Shown piece after piece: positions 19,570-38,290 of a DNA stretch of 64,000 nt. The translations under genes and the position numbers were made by a program. Below the pieces are notes generated by a model. It was not told the origin of the DNA, did not search any database, and worked only from the letters and a program-made list of their open reading frames with translations. The stretch's first letter is position 1. Each line of letters opens with the position of its first letter. The DNA comes from the human T2T-CHM13v2.0 reference genome, Homo sapiens: assembly GCF_009914755.1 (NCBI RefSeq), contig NC_060926.1; one strand, 5' to 3'.

Positions 19570-20510
19570 ATGTATTTTATTTCACCTTTTATTTTACACA
19601 AAAGGCAGCGTGCTTATATACATTATTTCTATACAAAAAAACTAAGTAGTAGAATCATTGTTTTAATTTGATTTCTTTTAGACTTTTAGTAATCAAAGTT
19701 TTTTTCCATTTTTAGGTTATAAAGAAATTATGCCATGTGTTCTCCTAGTACTTTTAGTTTTTACTTTTTATTCTGATATACACTGTGAAGTATGTATCCA
19801 ATTTTATCTATTTCCAAATGGTTATCCAGTTGTCCGAACACCATTTATTTAAAGTCCATCCCAGCAGATTGAGATACCGTCTCGTCTAAGCATACACTAA
19901 TGTTTATATGTACTGGGCTCTATTTCTGGGCTTGTTCTGAACTTGCTGTGCTGCTCTCTTGATCTCTTTGTCTATTTATGTACTAACACCACATTGTTTT
20001 AAGGTTTAGTAGGGCTAGCTCTCCCTTCTGCCTTGTGCTATTCTTGATAAAAATTTTGGAGTCAAGCTGCCTAGCCTCAAAAAATAATTTGTTGGATTTT
20101 TGACATCGTGTTAAATTTTACATATTGACTTGGAGAAAATTGATATCTCTATGATGTTGAGTCATACTATCCAAAAATAAAGGATGTTTGTCCATTTGTT
20201 CTAGTCTACTTTTGTATCTTCAGAAAAGTTTTTAAATTTAACTAATGCAGGTTTTGCCTACTTCTTTGTTTCCAAGAGCTTTTTCTTTTCTGTTGTTATT
20301 GTAATTGGAGTCCATTTTGTCTTGTAGTTTGTTATTGTAAACACGGATGAAGACTATTTTTGTGTTAATTTTATATCCTGCTCCTATACTGAATTATCAT
20401 ATTGTTAGTATGAATTTAAGACTCGGTTCTGCTGAGTTTTCCAGGATGCTATATCATCCACAAATAGAAATAGTTTATTTTTTCTAATTCGTATATCTCT
20501 GATCTTTTCT
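19570..20510 (-). mobile_element. Old L1M fragment
   Basis: AT-rich degenerate L1 ORF2 reverse-strand motifs (ccagttgtccgaacaccatttatt; aaattgatatctctatgatgttgagtc). Confidence 0.6.
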
Positions 20511-20739
20511 CATAAGCTGTAATTATTTTCTCCACAGCCAAGAAGGATGGAAAGATGAAAGAAGTCCCTGAGGGAGGTGAGAGGATCTGGAGCACAGGTG
20601 GAAAGAATAACAAAAGAATAATTTTGACAAAAGCAAGAGGGATGGGGCTGGGCGTGGTGGCTCACGCCTGTAATCCCAGCACTTTGGGAGGCTGAGGCTG
20701 GCAGATCACGAGGTCAGGAAATCAAGACCATCCTGGCTA

Positions 20740-21335
<596 letters not shown>

Positions 21336-21341
21336 TAACTA

Positions 21342-21844
<503 letters not shown>

Positions 21845-21883
21845 TTAGCCAGGCGTGGTGGCGCGCACCTGTAATCCCAGCTA

Positions 21884-21991
<108 letters not shown>

Positions 21992-22074
21992 TCAAAAAAA
22001 AGAAAGAAAAAAGAAAGCTTTCAGGACACCAGGCCATTTCCTGGGTCTGTTGTCTTAGGTCTGTTTGGTAAATA

Positions 22075-22186
22075 TTCTGTGACTAAGCATGCGTAACCTT
22101 CTGGGAATACAACCCAGTAGGTCTCAGCCTCCTTTTCCCCATCCCCTATTCAGGATGGATTGGCTTTGGTTAGAATGCCTCTGACC
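22075..22186 (-). mobile_element. MER41-family LTR 5' fragment
   Basis: The - strand reads GTCAGAGGCATTCTAACCAAAGCCAATCCATCCTGAATAGGGG…GGCTGAGACCTACTGGGTTGTATTCCCAG, resembling the MER41 5' end. Confidence 0.7.
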
Positions 22187-23073
22187 GGATCATGTGGGGA
22201 AGAGCAACTGTAGAATAGCTGAGTCCTGGAAAACAGGCCTCAGGGAACAGCAAAGGCTGGGGATGAGGAAAGGACAAAACACCACCTGCTCTGTTGCTGT
22301 GCAGGACTGAGCAAGAAGCACAGGATCAAACTCAAAGTTAGTTCCAGTCCTGATTTTGGTGGTAAGACCCAAGGAAAATTCATTAACAAACATTGTGCTG
22401 CCAGATACATTAATAAATCCCTAAAAGGGCCTGTAATTCAGTTGAAATGAGTGAGAAAAATCTTAAGGATCCTTATAAATTAAATAAAAACTCCTTGCTC
22501 TCAAGCAATCATTTGATTCACTCTATATCAACGACTGTGCACTTTAGCATCACCTGAGGATCTTTAAGAAAGTATCTGTGCTAGGCCTCATTTCCAAGGA
22601 TTTAATTTGTCTGGGGATGGAGCCCCAGGACATTCGTAGTTTTTGAGGGCTTCCAGGTGATTCTAATGCATAGCCACGGTTGGAAGCCCTGCGCCTATCT
22701 CACAGGTGTGTGGGTCTCTACTCTCTGTGTCCGCTTAGTTGCCAGGAGGCAGCAAGTTAGCCCACGTGTGCAAGATGCTTCCTTCCATACCAGGTAGGAA
22801 TATTGCTCTCTTAAACTTGGAGTGTGCCTGGGCAGAAGCTCTGGAGCCCAATACCTGCATTTTACAAGTCAGATTGCTGCTTTTTGCTCAGTGCCTGTGT
22901 GCCTGCATACATGGGTCTCCTGATACTCAGGCACGGCAGATGACTTTCACCTTTGTTTTAGTGTTTTGCTCACTGCTGCATCTGCAGAGCCTAGAATGGT
23001 GCCTGGTACACAGCAGGCTCTCAATGTCTTATTAATGAGTTGCCTTTTCCAAGGCTGAAGTGATCGTGGGTGA

Positions 23074-23388
<315 letters not shown>

Positions 23389-23449
23389 TAGAGGCAATTT
23401 TCTATTTCTGACTTGTTAGGCTAGTCAGAGCGAGACGTCTTTACAGGTT

Positions 23450-24360
23450 TGGGCCGGCAGCTGGAAAAGGCACACGGCCCCGGGCTCCTCCTCCACCCAG
23501 CCCCACCCCTCCTCCGCTGAAGACCAGCCCTAATAAGGCAGCCACCAGAATTAGAACCAGGTCAAGTGCACTCCGAGCAGGACAGTAGGCAGATCCTATC
23601 TGGCGCATGCGAACGCTTCTGTGCCGATTCCTTGAAGAGCAGGCGCAGACTCAAGGCTGTTGCTTCCGCCCTTACTCCCCGCCGCTCGTCCCTGGGCGGG
23701 GCGAAGGCTGGGCTGGGGGAAGAGGCGTGGCGGCGCTGTGCGCGTGCACAAAAGAGAGCTGAGGGGCGGGGGCGCTGCGGCACAGCTGGTTTGAGCAACT
23801 GAACTGGAAACAAGATGCAGGTGAGCTAGGACGGGTCTCGGGTCTGGGGGCTGCGGCCCGTTCCTTTGTCTCGTTAGGCCCGGGCGGGCAGTGGACGCCC
23901 GCCCTGGGGGAAGCTCCGGCGCCGCAGGCACGAGGGAGGCCCGGCGCGTCCAGGCCCTGCGCAGGCGCAGTGCGGGAGGCGGGCGTGGTCCCACCAGGAC
24001 CCACGGCCTGGGCGTCCCCGCCTCGGTGTGCCGGGTCCCCCAAACCTCGTCCTCCGGGACTATGTCTTCTCGCGGTCTCTACCCACCCGGGCCTGTGAAG
24101 GTCTTGCCGGATCCCGCCTAACAAAAGTTACCTCCTCTCCTGAACTCCCCTAAGGCACACCTGGGCAGAGGTGTTAGGAAGCGGAGGGTCCGGCCTGGGG
24201 TCTTCCGCACGTAAAGCAGCGCCACAGCCGGTGTTCCTGGCTCCACTGAGAGCCAGGTGAGGGCTTAGTTACACCTTCTTCCCCCGAGCCCTGGGATCCG
24301 CTTGGGGCGTGTTCCCTATCTGACCGCTCGGGTTCCAGAGCTCCCCGCGAGGGTCCCTCT
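23450..24360 (+). promoter_or_regulatory. PDCL3: CpG-island promoter of PDCL3 (no TATA box seen)
   Basis: High GC and CpG density. GC boxes GGGCGGGG at ~23694 and ~23764. NRF1-type motifs GCGCATGCG (23603-23611) and TGCGCAGGCGCA (23958-23969). Surrounds the first coding exon. Confidence 0.9.
23815..23820 (+). CDS. PDCL3: PDCL3 exon 1 coding part (Met-Gln)
   Basis: aacaagATGCAG|gtgag: A at -3 of the Kozak context and a strong donor; joins in frame to exon 2. Confidence 0.93.
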
Positions 24361-24516
24361 GTTTCGTCCTTTTTTTTTTTTTTTATTAAAATAGGTAAAA
24401 TAAATTATTTTTCTGTAGCTGCAGTTTACTAGCGGAATTTGGTTAAAGCCTAAGGAGAATGAATGAAAACACCATGGAAATGGGCACTATTGTGGGTGAA
24501 AACCTATGCCAACTAA

Positions 24517-24925
<409 letters not shown>

Positions 24926-25007
24926 TAAATGGTGAAGTGGTAGCTTGAGGGCTGCCCTGGCCTCCTTTGCATTCCCTGTCCTTCAGGTCCCTTGAGGCCT
25001 TCCCTGA

Positions 25008-25229
<222 letters not shown>

Positions 25230-25865
25230 TAGTAGAGACAAGGTTTCACCATGTTAGCCAGAATTGTCTCGATCTCCTGACCTGGTGATCTGCCCGCCTA
25301 GGCCTTCCAAAGTGCTGGGATTATCGGCATGAGCCACCGCGCCCGGCCTCATTTTTCTTTTGATGTATCTCAGAACTGTTACACAGGGTTGGGGTTGGAG
25401 ACCGATTATCCCGGTGCCCTTTTCACAGTGCTCCTGATTTCATATTCCAAAGCAAGCCTGAGCTCCATTAGCAGTGTTCTTGCCACACCATGCAAACCGG
25501 TGCTTGGGCAGCTGGGTTCTAGATCTAAGAGCCACTTTTACATCAGTCTTTGTGACAATGATCCTTTGTGATTTTGATGCTGGCTGATTTGGCCAGCCGT
25601 TCTAGCATGGCAGTGCCTCTAAATGCCGTGCCTCTCCTAGGCTTGTGAGGATTCAGGGACAAGGTACAAGAAAAAGGGCTTAGAGTGCCCTGTATTTTAT
25701 GAGCTACTCTGAGACGTCTCAGCTTTTCCTCTCAGGTTTGGCCATTAGAGAATTCTGTCAGCCAAGCCTCATCTGCAGCCTGAGATCCTCAAAATGTCAC
25801 AGTCTCTTTGCTCTTGGGCAGTATGCATGCCGCAGGCCGCTCTGCCTGGAAGATTATTTTCTTGA

Positions 25866-26231
<366 letters not shown>

Positions 26232-26616
26232 TAGCCAGGATGCTCTCGATCTCCTGACCTTGTGATCCACCCACCTCTGCCTCCCAAAGTGCTGGGATTA
26301 CAGGCGTGAGCCACCGTGCCCAGCCTGGAAGATTATTTGTAAGCCCCCAGACTCCTATCACAGATTGCTTTCCACCCTCAGACGGAATGTCACCTCCTCT
26401 GTAGGGAACATCCCTATCTACTCTGTGGAATGTGGGTCCTGGGTAATTCTCTAAAATGGCAGCCTGTTTGTCATTGCACTTGCCACAATTTTATCTCTCT
26501 ATGTATAGTTTGTATATATACTTGTTTGTTGCCTGTCTCTTCCTCTTGTCTGTAACACAGGTGACTCTCGCATTCACCACTCTTCCCCATTGCCTACAAT
26601 AATTTACATGTGGTAG

Positions 26617-26860
<244 letters not shown>

Positions 26861-27251
26861 TAGTCAGGATGGTCTCTATCTCCTGACCTCGTGATCCGCC
26901 TGCCTCAGCCTCCCAAAGTGCTGGGATTACAGGCGTGAGCCACTGTGCCCGGCACTCTCAGTCATTAAAAATATTGAACACATGCCAAGTCAGAGCCTTG
27001 GTATCCGTATTGATACTGATCTGCACTCCCTATCCTAATTTTTACCCCAAGAATAGCTCCTCCATTCAGGGAGGGGTAGACAGGAAAAACAAAACGGGGG
27101 CTATGGATCTTTTGACACTTTCTCAGAAATAGTTCACAGACTGGTGTGCATTCCTCCCTTCCTGTCACTTTTCCCATTTGGCCCCTTGCCCAACGTGGCA
27201 CCCTACATACTAGACTTAGCACTCATGGTAACCTTGGTCCCGCTCTTCTAG

Positions 27252-27378
27252 GACCCCAACGCAGACACTGAATGGAATGACATCTTACGCAAAAAGGGTA
27301 TCTTACCCCCCAAGGAAAGTCTGAAAGAATTGGAAGAGGAGGCAGAAGAGGAGCAGCGCATCCTCCAGCAGTCAGTGG
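27252..27378 (+). CDS. PDCL3: PDCL3 exon 2 ([42 protein letters not shown])
   Basis: ctcttctag| acceptor and |gtgag donor; 127 nt; contains the PhLP2 N-terminal motif [11 protein letters not shown]. Confidence 0.97.
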
Positions 27379-28039
27379 GTGAGTTCACTCGCTTTCCTCT
27401 GCACCTGTCTGGGTTAGGAGATGGCTCCCTAAGCCTCTGACTGCCCTGCCAGGAGACAGGTTGGAGTGCCAGCATGGACACTCTGTGTCTGTGGGACCTC
27501 AGACAAAACACAGGGCGTCTCTCACCTTCACCTTCCTGAGCCATAGACTTAAGGGACTTCAGATATGTCCCACAAGTCCTTGTCCATGTCACATGAGCAC
27601 TGAAGAAAATACTTCTTTCTGCTTTCTGGTCTGTGATTCCCTTTGATAATGTCATGGAAATTTGTTCAAGGTTTTTAGTACTTGTATTTTCCTGAGCATA
27701 TACTTTATTTTCTGTGGTTTCATTGAGGATATTAACTAAAAATTGCTTCATTTGGGGAGGCGTAAGATGTTTGCAATGTGTGGGAGTCTGAGGGGGGTTT
27801 TCTCAAAGGCAGTCGTACTGTCTGAATTGGAGTCCCTTGGAGTGCTGGTAACCCCACCCACCTAGTGTTTACTGAAGCAGTCTCTGGAATGAGGCCCAGG
27901 AATCTGCATTTTAAACAAGTGCCTTAAAGGATTCTGATGCGTGTCATAGTTTGAGAAGCACTGGTCCCAGGGACTAGTACTTTTGTCCTCTGTTGACACA
28001 TTAGAGCTAATTTAGAGAAGGATTTATTAGAAAGTATCC

Positions 28040-29060
<1,021 letters not shown>

Positions 29061-29628
29061 TCAACAGTAGGGCGGCTGGCTCACTCCTGTAATCCCAGCA
29101 CTTTGAGATGGGCAGATCACTTGAGGTCAGAAGGTTCAAGACCAGCTTGGCCAACATGGTGAAACCCTGTCTCTATTAATGATACAAAAATTAGCTGGGT
29201 GTGGTGGCACACGCCTGTAATCCCAGCTACTCAGGAGGCTGAGGCAGGAGAATTGCTTGAATCTGGGAGGCGGAGGTTCTCAGTGAGTCAAGATCGCACC
29301 ATTGCACTCCAGCCTGGATGACAAGAGTGAAACTCTGTCTCCAAAAAAAGGAAAATAAGCGGGGCAGGGTGAGGCGGAATAGGAGAAGAGAGGGGAGGAG
29401 GATCTGAGGGCTTGGGTAAAATGTTGTCAGTCAAGAAATTGGGATTACAGGTGTGAGCCACCATGCCTGGCCTCTCAGCTTCTAATGTAGTGTGGTGCCT
29501 TAAGTAATTTTTGTTTAGGTAGGCTAAGGATCTGGTGTTGTGTGCATATCTTTAGGAGAAAAGAGAGGGGAAAAAAGAAAAATACATGTTCGTTCATCTT
29601 TTTAAATTTTTGCTTTTTGCCAATGTAA

Positions 29629-29730
<102 letters not shown>

Positions 29731-30285
29731 TAAGCGCCACCCAGAGGGGCTGTTTGTTTTTTTGTTGTTGTTTGTTTTGTTTTGGTTTTTTTTTTGGCGT
29801 GGCAATAAAATGTGTGGGCTGAGCATGGTGACTCATACCTGTAGTCCCAACACTTTGGGAGGCTGAGGCAGGCAGATCGCTTGAGCTCAGAAGTTTGAGA
29901 CCAGCCTGTGAAACCCCGTCTCTATAAATAATACAAAAACTAGCTGGGTGTGGTGGTGAACGGCTATAGTTCCAGCTACTCAGGAGCCCTGGAAGTGGAG
30001 GTTGCAGTGAGCTGAGACTGTGCCACTGCACTCCAGCCTGTGTGACAGAGCCAAACTCTGTCTCAAAAAATAAAATGAAATGTGTGTCCTTCAAAAAATT
30101 AATTTTCAGCTGAAACATCTAGGAGCGACTGCAATTAAATAATATTGTGAATTTTAGCAAACTGATCTTAGATTTTTGCCATAAGACCAATAAATAAACC
30201 TGGGCTTTTACAAGGATTGCCTTCTAGACGATGTGTGTGTACACGTGTTTGTGACGTAAGATGTTTCTCTCCTTGTTTTGTGCAG

Positions 30286-30429
30286 ACGGCGGAGACTGGC
30301 TGAGTGGAAAGCAACTAAACTGAAGAATAAATTTGGAGAAGTTTTGGAGATCTCAGGGAAGGATTATGTTCAAGAAGTTACCAAAGCTGGCGAGGGCTTG
30401 TGGGTCATCTTGCACCTTTACAAACAAGG
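30286..30429 (+). CDS. PDCL3: PDCL3 exon 4 ([48 protein letters not shown])
   Basis: tgtgcag| acceptor and |gtgag donor; 144 nt; start of the phosducin thioredoxin-like domain. Confidence 0.97.
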
Positions 30430-30595
30430 GTGAGCTGATCTTCCACTCCATCTATCAAATGTTAATTTGAATTTATGTCTTCAGGATCTCAGGCGTTACC
30501 TATATCAGAGGGTTAAGAAATTTTTTTTTCTGGGCCAGGCGCAGTAGCTCACACCTGTAATCCCAGCACTTTGGGAGGCTGAGGCAGGTGGATCA

Positions 30596-30910
<315 letters not shown>

Positions 30911-31047
30911 TTAATAATTTGTGACTAATATGAATGCCTTTGTTAAAGTATAGCAATGAAGACTATGCTTTTCTGTTTTTGAAAAGGAATTCCTAAGTTA
31001 TTTATTCCTTTACAGGAACTCTGACATTTCAACATTCTATGTAATGA

Positions 31048-31314
<267 letters not shown>

Positions 31315-32264
31315 TAGCTGGGATTACAGGCGCCTGCCACCGCACTCAGCTGATTTTTGTATTTTTAGTAGAGACGGGGTTTCACCATCTTGGCCAGGCT
31401 GGTCTTGAACTCCTGACCTCATGATCCACTCATCTTGGCCTCCCAAAGTGTTGGGATTACAGGCGTTAGCCACTGCACCTGGCCAGGAATTTCTTTAAAG
31501 CAGAAAACGTTTTCTGACATTTCATACTTTCTAAACCTTCAGCGTTTTCTCATTCAACCTTATAAGAAATGTATAGCAATTTTATCTTTTACATTGAAGC
31601 TGTTTTTCTGACTTGTTTTGTCAAATAAATTGGACTTTGGATTTGTGTTCTTCACTTTCCCTCAGCATATTAGGAAGTTTTTAAGAAATGTTAATTCAGC
31701 TGGGCATGGTGGCTTACACCTGTAATACCTGTAATCCCAGCACTTTGGGAAGCCATTGCGGCCGGATCTCGAGCTCAAGAGTTCAAGAGCAGCCTGGGCA
31801 ACGTGGTGAAACCCTGTCTTTACAAAAAAAAAAAAAAAAAAATCAGCTGGGCATGGTGGTGTGTGCCTGTAATAATCACACCTCCCGAGTAGCTGGGATT
31901 ACAGGCGCCTGCCACTGCACCCAGCTAATTTTTGTATTTTTAGTAGAGATGGGGTTTCACCATCTTGGCCAGGCTGGTCTTGAACTCCTGACCTCATGAT
32001 CTTGGCCAGGCTGGTCTTGAACTGCTGACCTCATGATCCACTCACCTTGGCCTCCCAAAGTGCTACTTGGGGGGCTGAGGTGGGAGCATTGCTTGTGAGC
32101 CGAGATCACACCACTTCACTCCATTTAGCCTGGGTGAAAACAAGACCCTATGTCAAAAAAAACATGTTAATTCATCTTAGCTAGCAGCAGAATTACTTGT
32201 GAAACTGTTACAAGGTTTTACTTAGGGTAGAAGGGTCATTGAGCTTTGTTCTGTATAAATGTAG

Positions 32265-32540
<276 letters not shown>

Positions 32541-32852
32541 TGAGAGATGGGAGGCGCATTTCTGTTGGAGAGAGTGTCTATTTCCTGGACTCCTGTTACG
32601 ATGGTGGGTCAAGTTCACTTCTGCCTGTGTATGAGTGACTGTGTATGAGGACGGAAGCACGTTTAATCTCTCATCTTAGTTGCGTAATCAGGAACAGTTA
32701 CAACTGGGCTCTACTGATTCTTAGTTCAAGGAAGGCGTGATAGACTTAAATATAAACATTTTTTATATTGGTGTGGAATATATTTTGTCTCTACAGTTGG
32801 ATGTTTTTGTAGCTTGAAATCACAACATTCACTTTTGCTTTAATTCACATGA

Positions 32853-33260
<408 letters not shown>

Positions 33261-33263
33261 TGA

Positions 33264-33425
<162 letters not shown>

Positions 33426-33554
33426 TAGTAGAGACAGGGTTTCTCCATGTGGTCAGGCTGGTCTCAAACTCCTGACCTCAGGTGATCCACCCGCCTCAGC
33501 CTCCCAAAGTGCTGGGATTACAGGCGTGAGCCACTGCGCCTGGCCAGCTTTTAA

Positions 33555-33846
<292 letters not shown>

Positions 33847-33952
33847 TGATCTGCCCGCCACAGCCTCCCAAAGTGCTGAGATTACAGATGTGAGCCACCG
33901 CGCCCGGCTGTGTTTTTAAATTCCTTTCTACCTGTTAAACATGGAGGTATCA

Positions 33953-34252
<300 letters not shown>

Positions 34253-34790
34253 TTAGCTGGGCGTGGTGGCGGGCACTTATAATTCCAGCTACTCGGAGGC
34301 TGAGGCAGGAGAATCACTTGACCTGGGAGGCAGAGGTTGCAGTGAGCCAAGATCATGCCATTGCACTCCAGCCTGGGTAACGAGCGAAACTCTATCTCAA
34401 AAAAAAAAAAAAAAAGATATTCAGCTGGGGAAAGTATAAATATACAAACATACATAAACACACACATATAGGAGATACATCAGTTACATATTCCAGTGTT
34501 CAAAGGCGTACAGCATTTCAAACTAAATACATGTTTGCATCTTATTTTGACCTTTTTTGAATGTACCATGAGGGGAGAGAGAAGTGTGCAATTGTTTTTA
34601 TTTCTAAAAAAAAGTCTTGAAGTCTAGTGAACTTACATATAACGATTGCTTTGTGTAAGTGAACAGTAACATTAAACACTTATGTACGTATGTGTGGATA
34701 TATAAAGATATATATATAGAGAGAGATATATATATTTTTTTAATTTTTGAGACAGGGTCTTGCTCTGTCACCCAGGCTGGAGTGCAGTAG

Positions 34791-34955
<165 letters not shown>

Positions 34956-35169
34956 TGACCTCAAGTGATAAGTGATCCACCTGCCTCAGCCTCCCAAAGT
35001 TCTGGGATCACAGGCCTGAGCCACCACATCTGGCTGGATATAAATTCTTGAGTCAGGAATCTGAAGTCTTGTTTTTTTTTTTTTTTAAGAAACAGGTTGA
35101 ATTTATATAACATTCAACCAAAGTACCTAGAGCCGAAAATACTGGTGTTACTCATCTTCGTGGAACACT

Positions 35170-35511
35170 TTTTTTTTTTTTACCCAGCATGACTGAGGTA
35201 TGATGACCAAAACAATTGAATATATTTAAGATATACAACATGGAGATTTAATAGAGGTACAATGTGAAATGATTACCACAATCCAAGTAATTAACCATCC
35301 ATCATTTCACATAGCTGCCCTCACTGTGGTGAGAATCCTTAAGATCTACTTTCCTAGCAAATTTCAAGTATACAATACGTTATTATTCACTGTAGTTACC
35401 ATGTTCTACATTAGGTCTTCAGAACTTACCATCTTATAACTGAAAGTTTGTATCCTTGGCCAACATCTCCCATTTCCACTCCTCCCCTGATAACCACCAT
35501 TCTATTCTCTG
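35170..35511 (-). mobile_element. 5'-truncated L1MA 3' end with TSD
   Basis: Poly(T) followed by L1MA 3' UTR; flanking direct repeat TTC(G/A)TGGAACACTTT at ~35157 and ~35513. Confidence 0.75.
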
Positions 35512-35855
35512 TTTCATGGAACACTTTAAGTTAATAAGTAAAATTCAACTGAGCACGTTGGCTGAAGCCTGTAATCCTAGCATGTTGGGAAGCTAAGGCT
35601 GGAGGATTGCATGAGGCCAGGAGTTTGAGACCAGCCTGGGCAACATAGCGAGATCCCATGTCTACAAAAGAGAAAGTAGCCAGGTGTGGTGGTGCACACC
35701 TGTAGTCTCAGCTACTAGGGAGATGGGCGGGAGGATCATTTGAACCCAGGAGTTCAAGGTTACAGTGAGCTATGATTGCACCCATAGCACTCTAGCCTGG
35801 GTGATGGAGTGAGAGCCTGTCTCCAAAAAAGTAGATTAAGATAAGACTTCAGTAA

Positions 35856-36067
<212 letters not shown>

Positions 36068-36708
36068 TAGCCAGGATGGTCTCAATCTCCAGACTTCGTG
36101 ATCCGCCCACCTTGGCCTCCCAAAGTGCTGGGATTACAGGCATGTGCCACCGCGCCCGGCCTGGTTTTCAGATTTTAATCGATGTGTCCAGTTAGCAGAA
36201 CTCTCTGCCTTGATGTTCCTTTAAGCGAAGCCATTTGTTGTAGAATCTCTTACGTAGTCCTTTGGTTCTGCCTGGGCTCTTCTCTGAAGTAGGCAAATAC
36301 ATCACTTGATTTTGCTTCACTTGGTCTCAGACCACAAGAATTTTGCTGATTTTAAGAGTGAAGTATTGGAGCTGAGTCTTCAGTTACTGATTCTTTATTA
36401 TCTGGTGCTTTTTTGATTAGTTGGAACAAATGTGTAAGTTCTAGGGTATCACCATACATTTATTCTTTGACCCCAATAGATTGAGATACTGGACATGAGG
36501 CTGAAGAGTTTATTAAAATTGGATTTAATGATTAGATTGCCAGAAGGTCTGTGGAAATTATTTCCTTCAAATTTTTCATGCTGATTTCCTTCCTGGGAAA
36601 TTGTAGTCATCAGAGGATAGGTTTATTCTTTGTATTTTTGAGACAGGGTCTCGCTCTGTCGTGTAGGCTGGAGTGCAGTGACATGATCATGGTTCACTGC
36701 AGCCTTGA

Positions 36709-37050
<342 letters not shown>

Positions 37051-37080
37051 TAGGCAATTTGCTTTTTCTTTACCATATAG

Positions 37081-37223
37081 AGTTGGAATGGAAACTGTCT
37101 GAATCTGGAGCAATTATGACAGACCTGGAGGAAAACCCTAAGAAGCCGATTGAAGACGTGTTGCTGTCCTCAGTGCGGCGCTCTGTCCTCATGAAGAGGG
37201 ACAGCGATTCCGAGGGTGACTGA
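37081..37223 (+). CDS. PDCL3: PDCL3 exon 6 coding part ([47 protein letters not shown])
   Basis: catatag| acceptor; TGA at 37221-37223. Exons sum to 6+127+91+144+209+143 = 720 nt = 239 aa + stop. Confidence 0.97.
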
Positions 37224-37434
37224 GGCTACAGCTTCTATCACATGCCGAACTTTCTTGTGACAAATTGTCTGGATTTTTTAAAAAAGGAAAAAGCAAGAAT
37301 GAATCCTTGTGGTTTTTAGTTTTGTATAAATTATGTTTCAAATCTTTACATTTTGGAAATAATCATTGCTGGAGATTCTGTTAAATATTTTGGAACTCTT
37401 TTTTTTTTAAATTATAGTATTTCCTCTAAAAAAA

Positions 37435-37562
37435 ATTAAAACCAGCCATTTGTATGGCAAATGTCTGTTTTCCTCATTTATATTTTAAGTAAGCCATAAA
37501 ACCTAGTCACTATTTTTTGACATATAACTATAAAAAGAAATACAGTTTTAAATGTGAATAAA
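37435..37562 (+). terminator. PDCL3: Candidate PDCL3 polyadenylation signals
   Basis: ATTAAA at 37435-37440 followed by GT/T-rich sequence; AATAAA at 37557-37562. Confidence 0.6.
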
Positions 37563-37806
37563 TTATACAGTGGAAAATTGCAGACTAAGCCTTATAGATA
37601 CATTGTTTATTTTTATTTTATAAAGAGAGCAGTGAGATTATTAAACTACAGGAATGGTCTCTAGGACAAAAGAATGTTAGTATTGAAGAAACAGACAATT
37701 TTTGTGAAACATTCCCTTATCGAAGCAATAACTGAAAGTTTCCAGTTTACTGCCATATTTGGTTAAATGTGTTTTCTTGTTAAAATAGTTTATCTCAGAC
37801 TGTTAA

Positions 37807-38118
<312 letters not shown>

Positions 38119-38194
38119 TAATTTTGATTACTATAAGAAGACATTAAATTTATGGAAATATATAAGCATACACATAAATAAACTGTTAATAAAC

Positions 38195-38290
38195 TCATTT
38201 TGTGGTTCATAAGTACGATCACGTATGTGAGATGTGCCCCCCTCAAATATCGTTAGGCTGTTGGCACATTACCCATATGACATGAAAAAA
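38195..38290 (+). pseudogene. U13 snoRNA (SNORD13-like) retropseudogene
   Basis: tttgtggttcat…tgtgagatgtgccccc…ggcacattacccatatgac plus a short A tail aligns to U13 (TTTTGTAGTTCAT…GTGAGATGTGCCACCC…GGCACATTACCCGTCTGAC). Box C region deleted and box D CTGA changed to ATGA. Confidence 0.85.

Noticed and set aside
23562-24124. Overlapping 76-150 aa ORFs on both strands
   Set aside because: Stop codons are scarce in a GC-rich CpG island. The Pro/Arg/Ala/Gly-rich translations resemble no family I know.
27248-27751. 167-aa antisense ORF overlapping PDCL3 exon 2
   Set aside because: No recognisable domain. It is partly the antisense shadow of a real exon and has no promoter or splice support.
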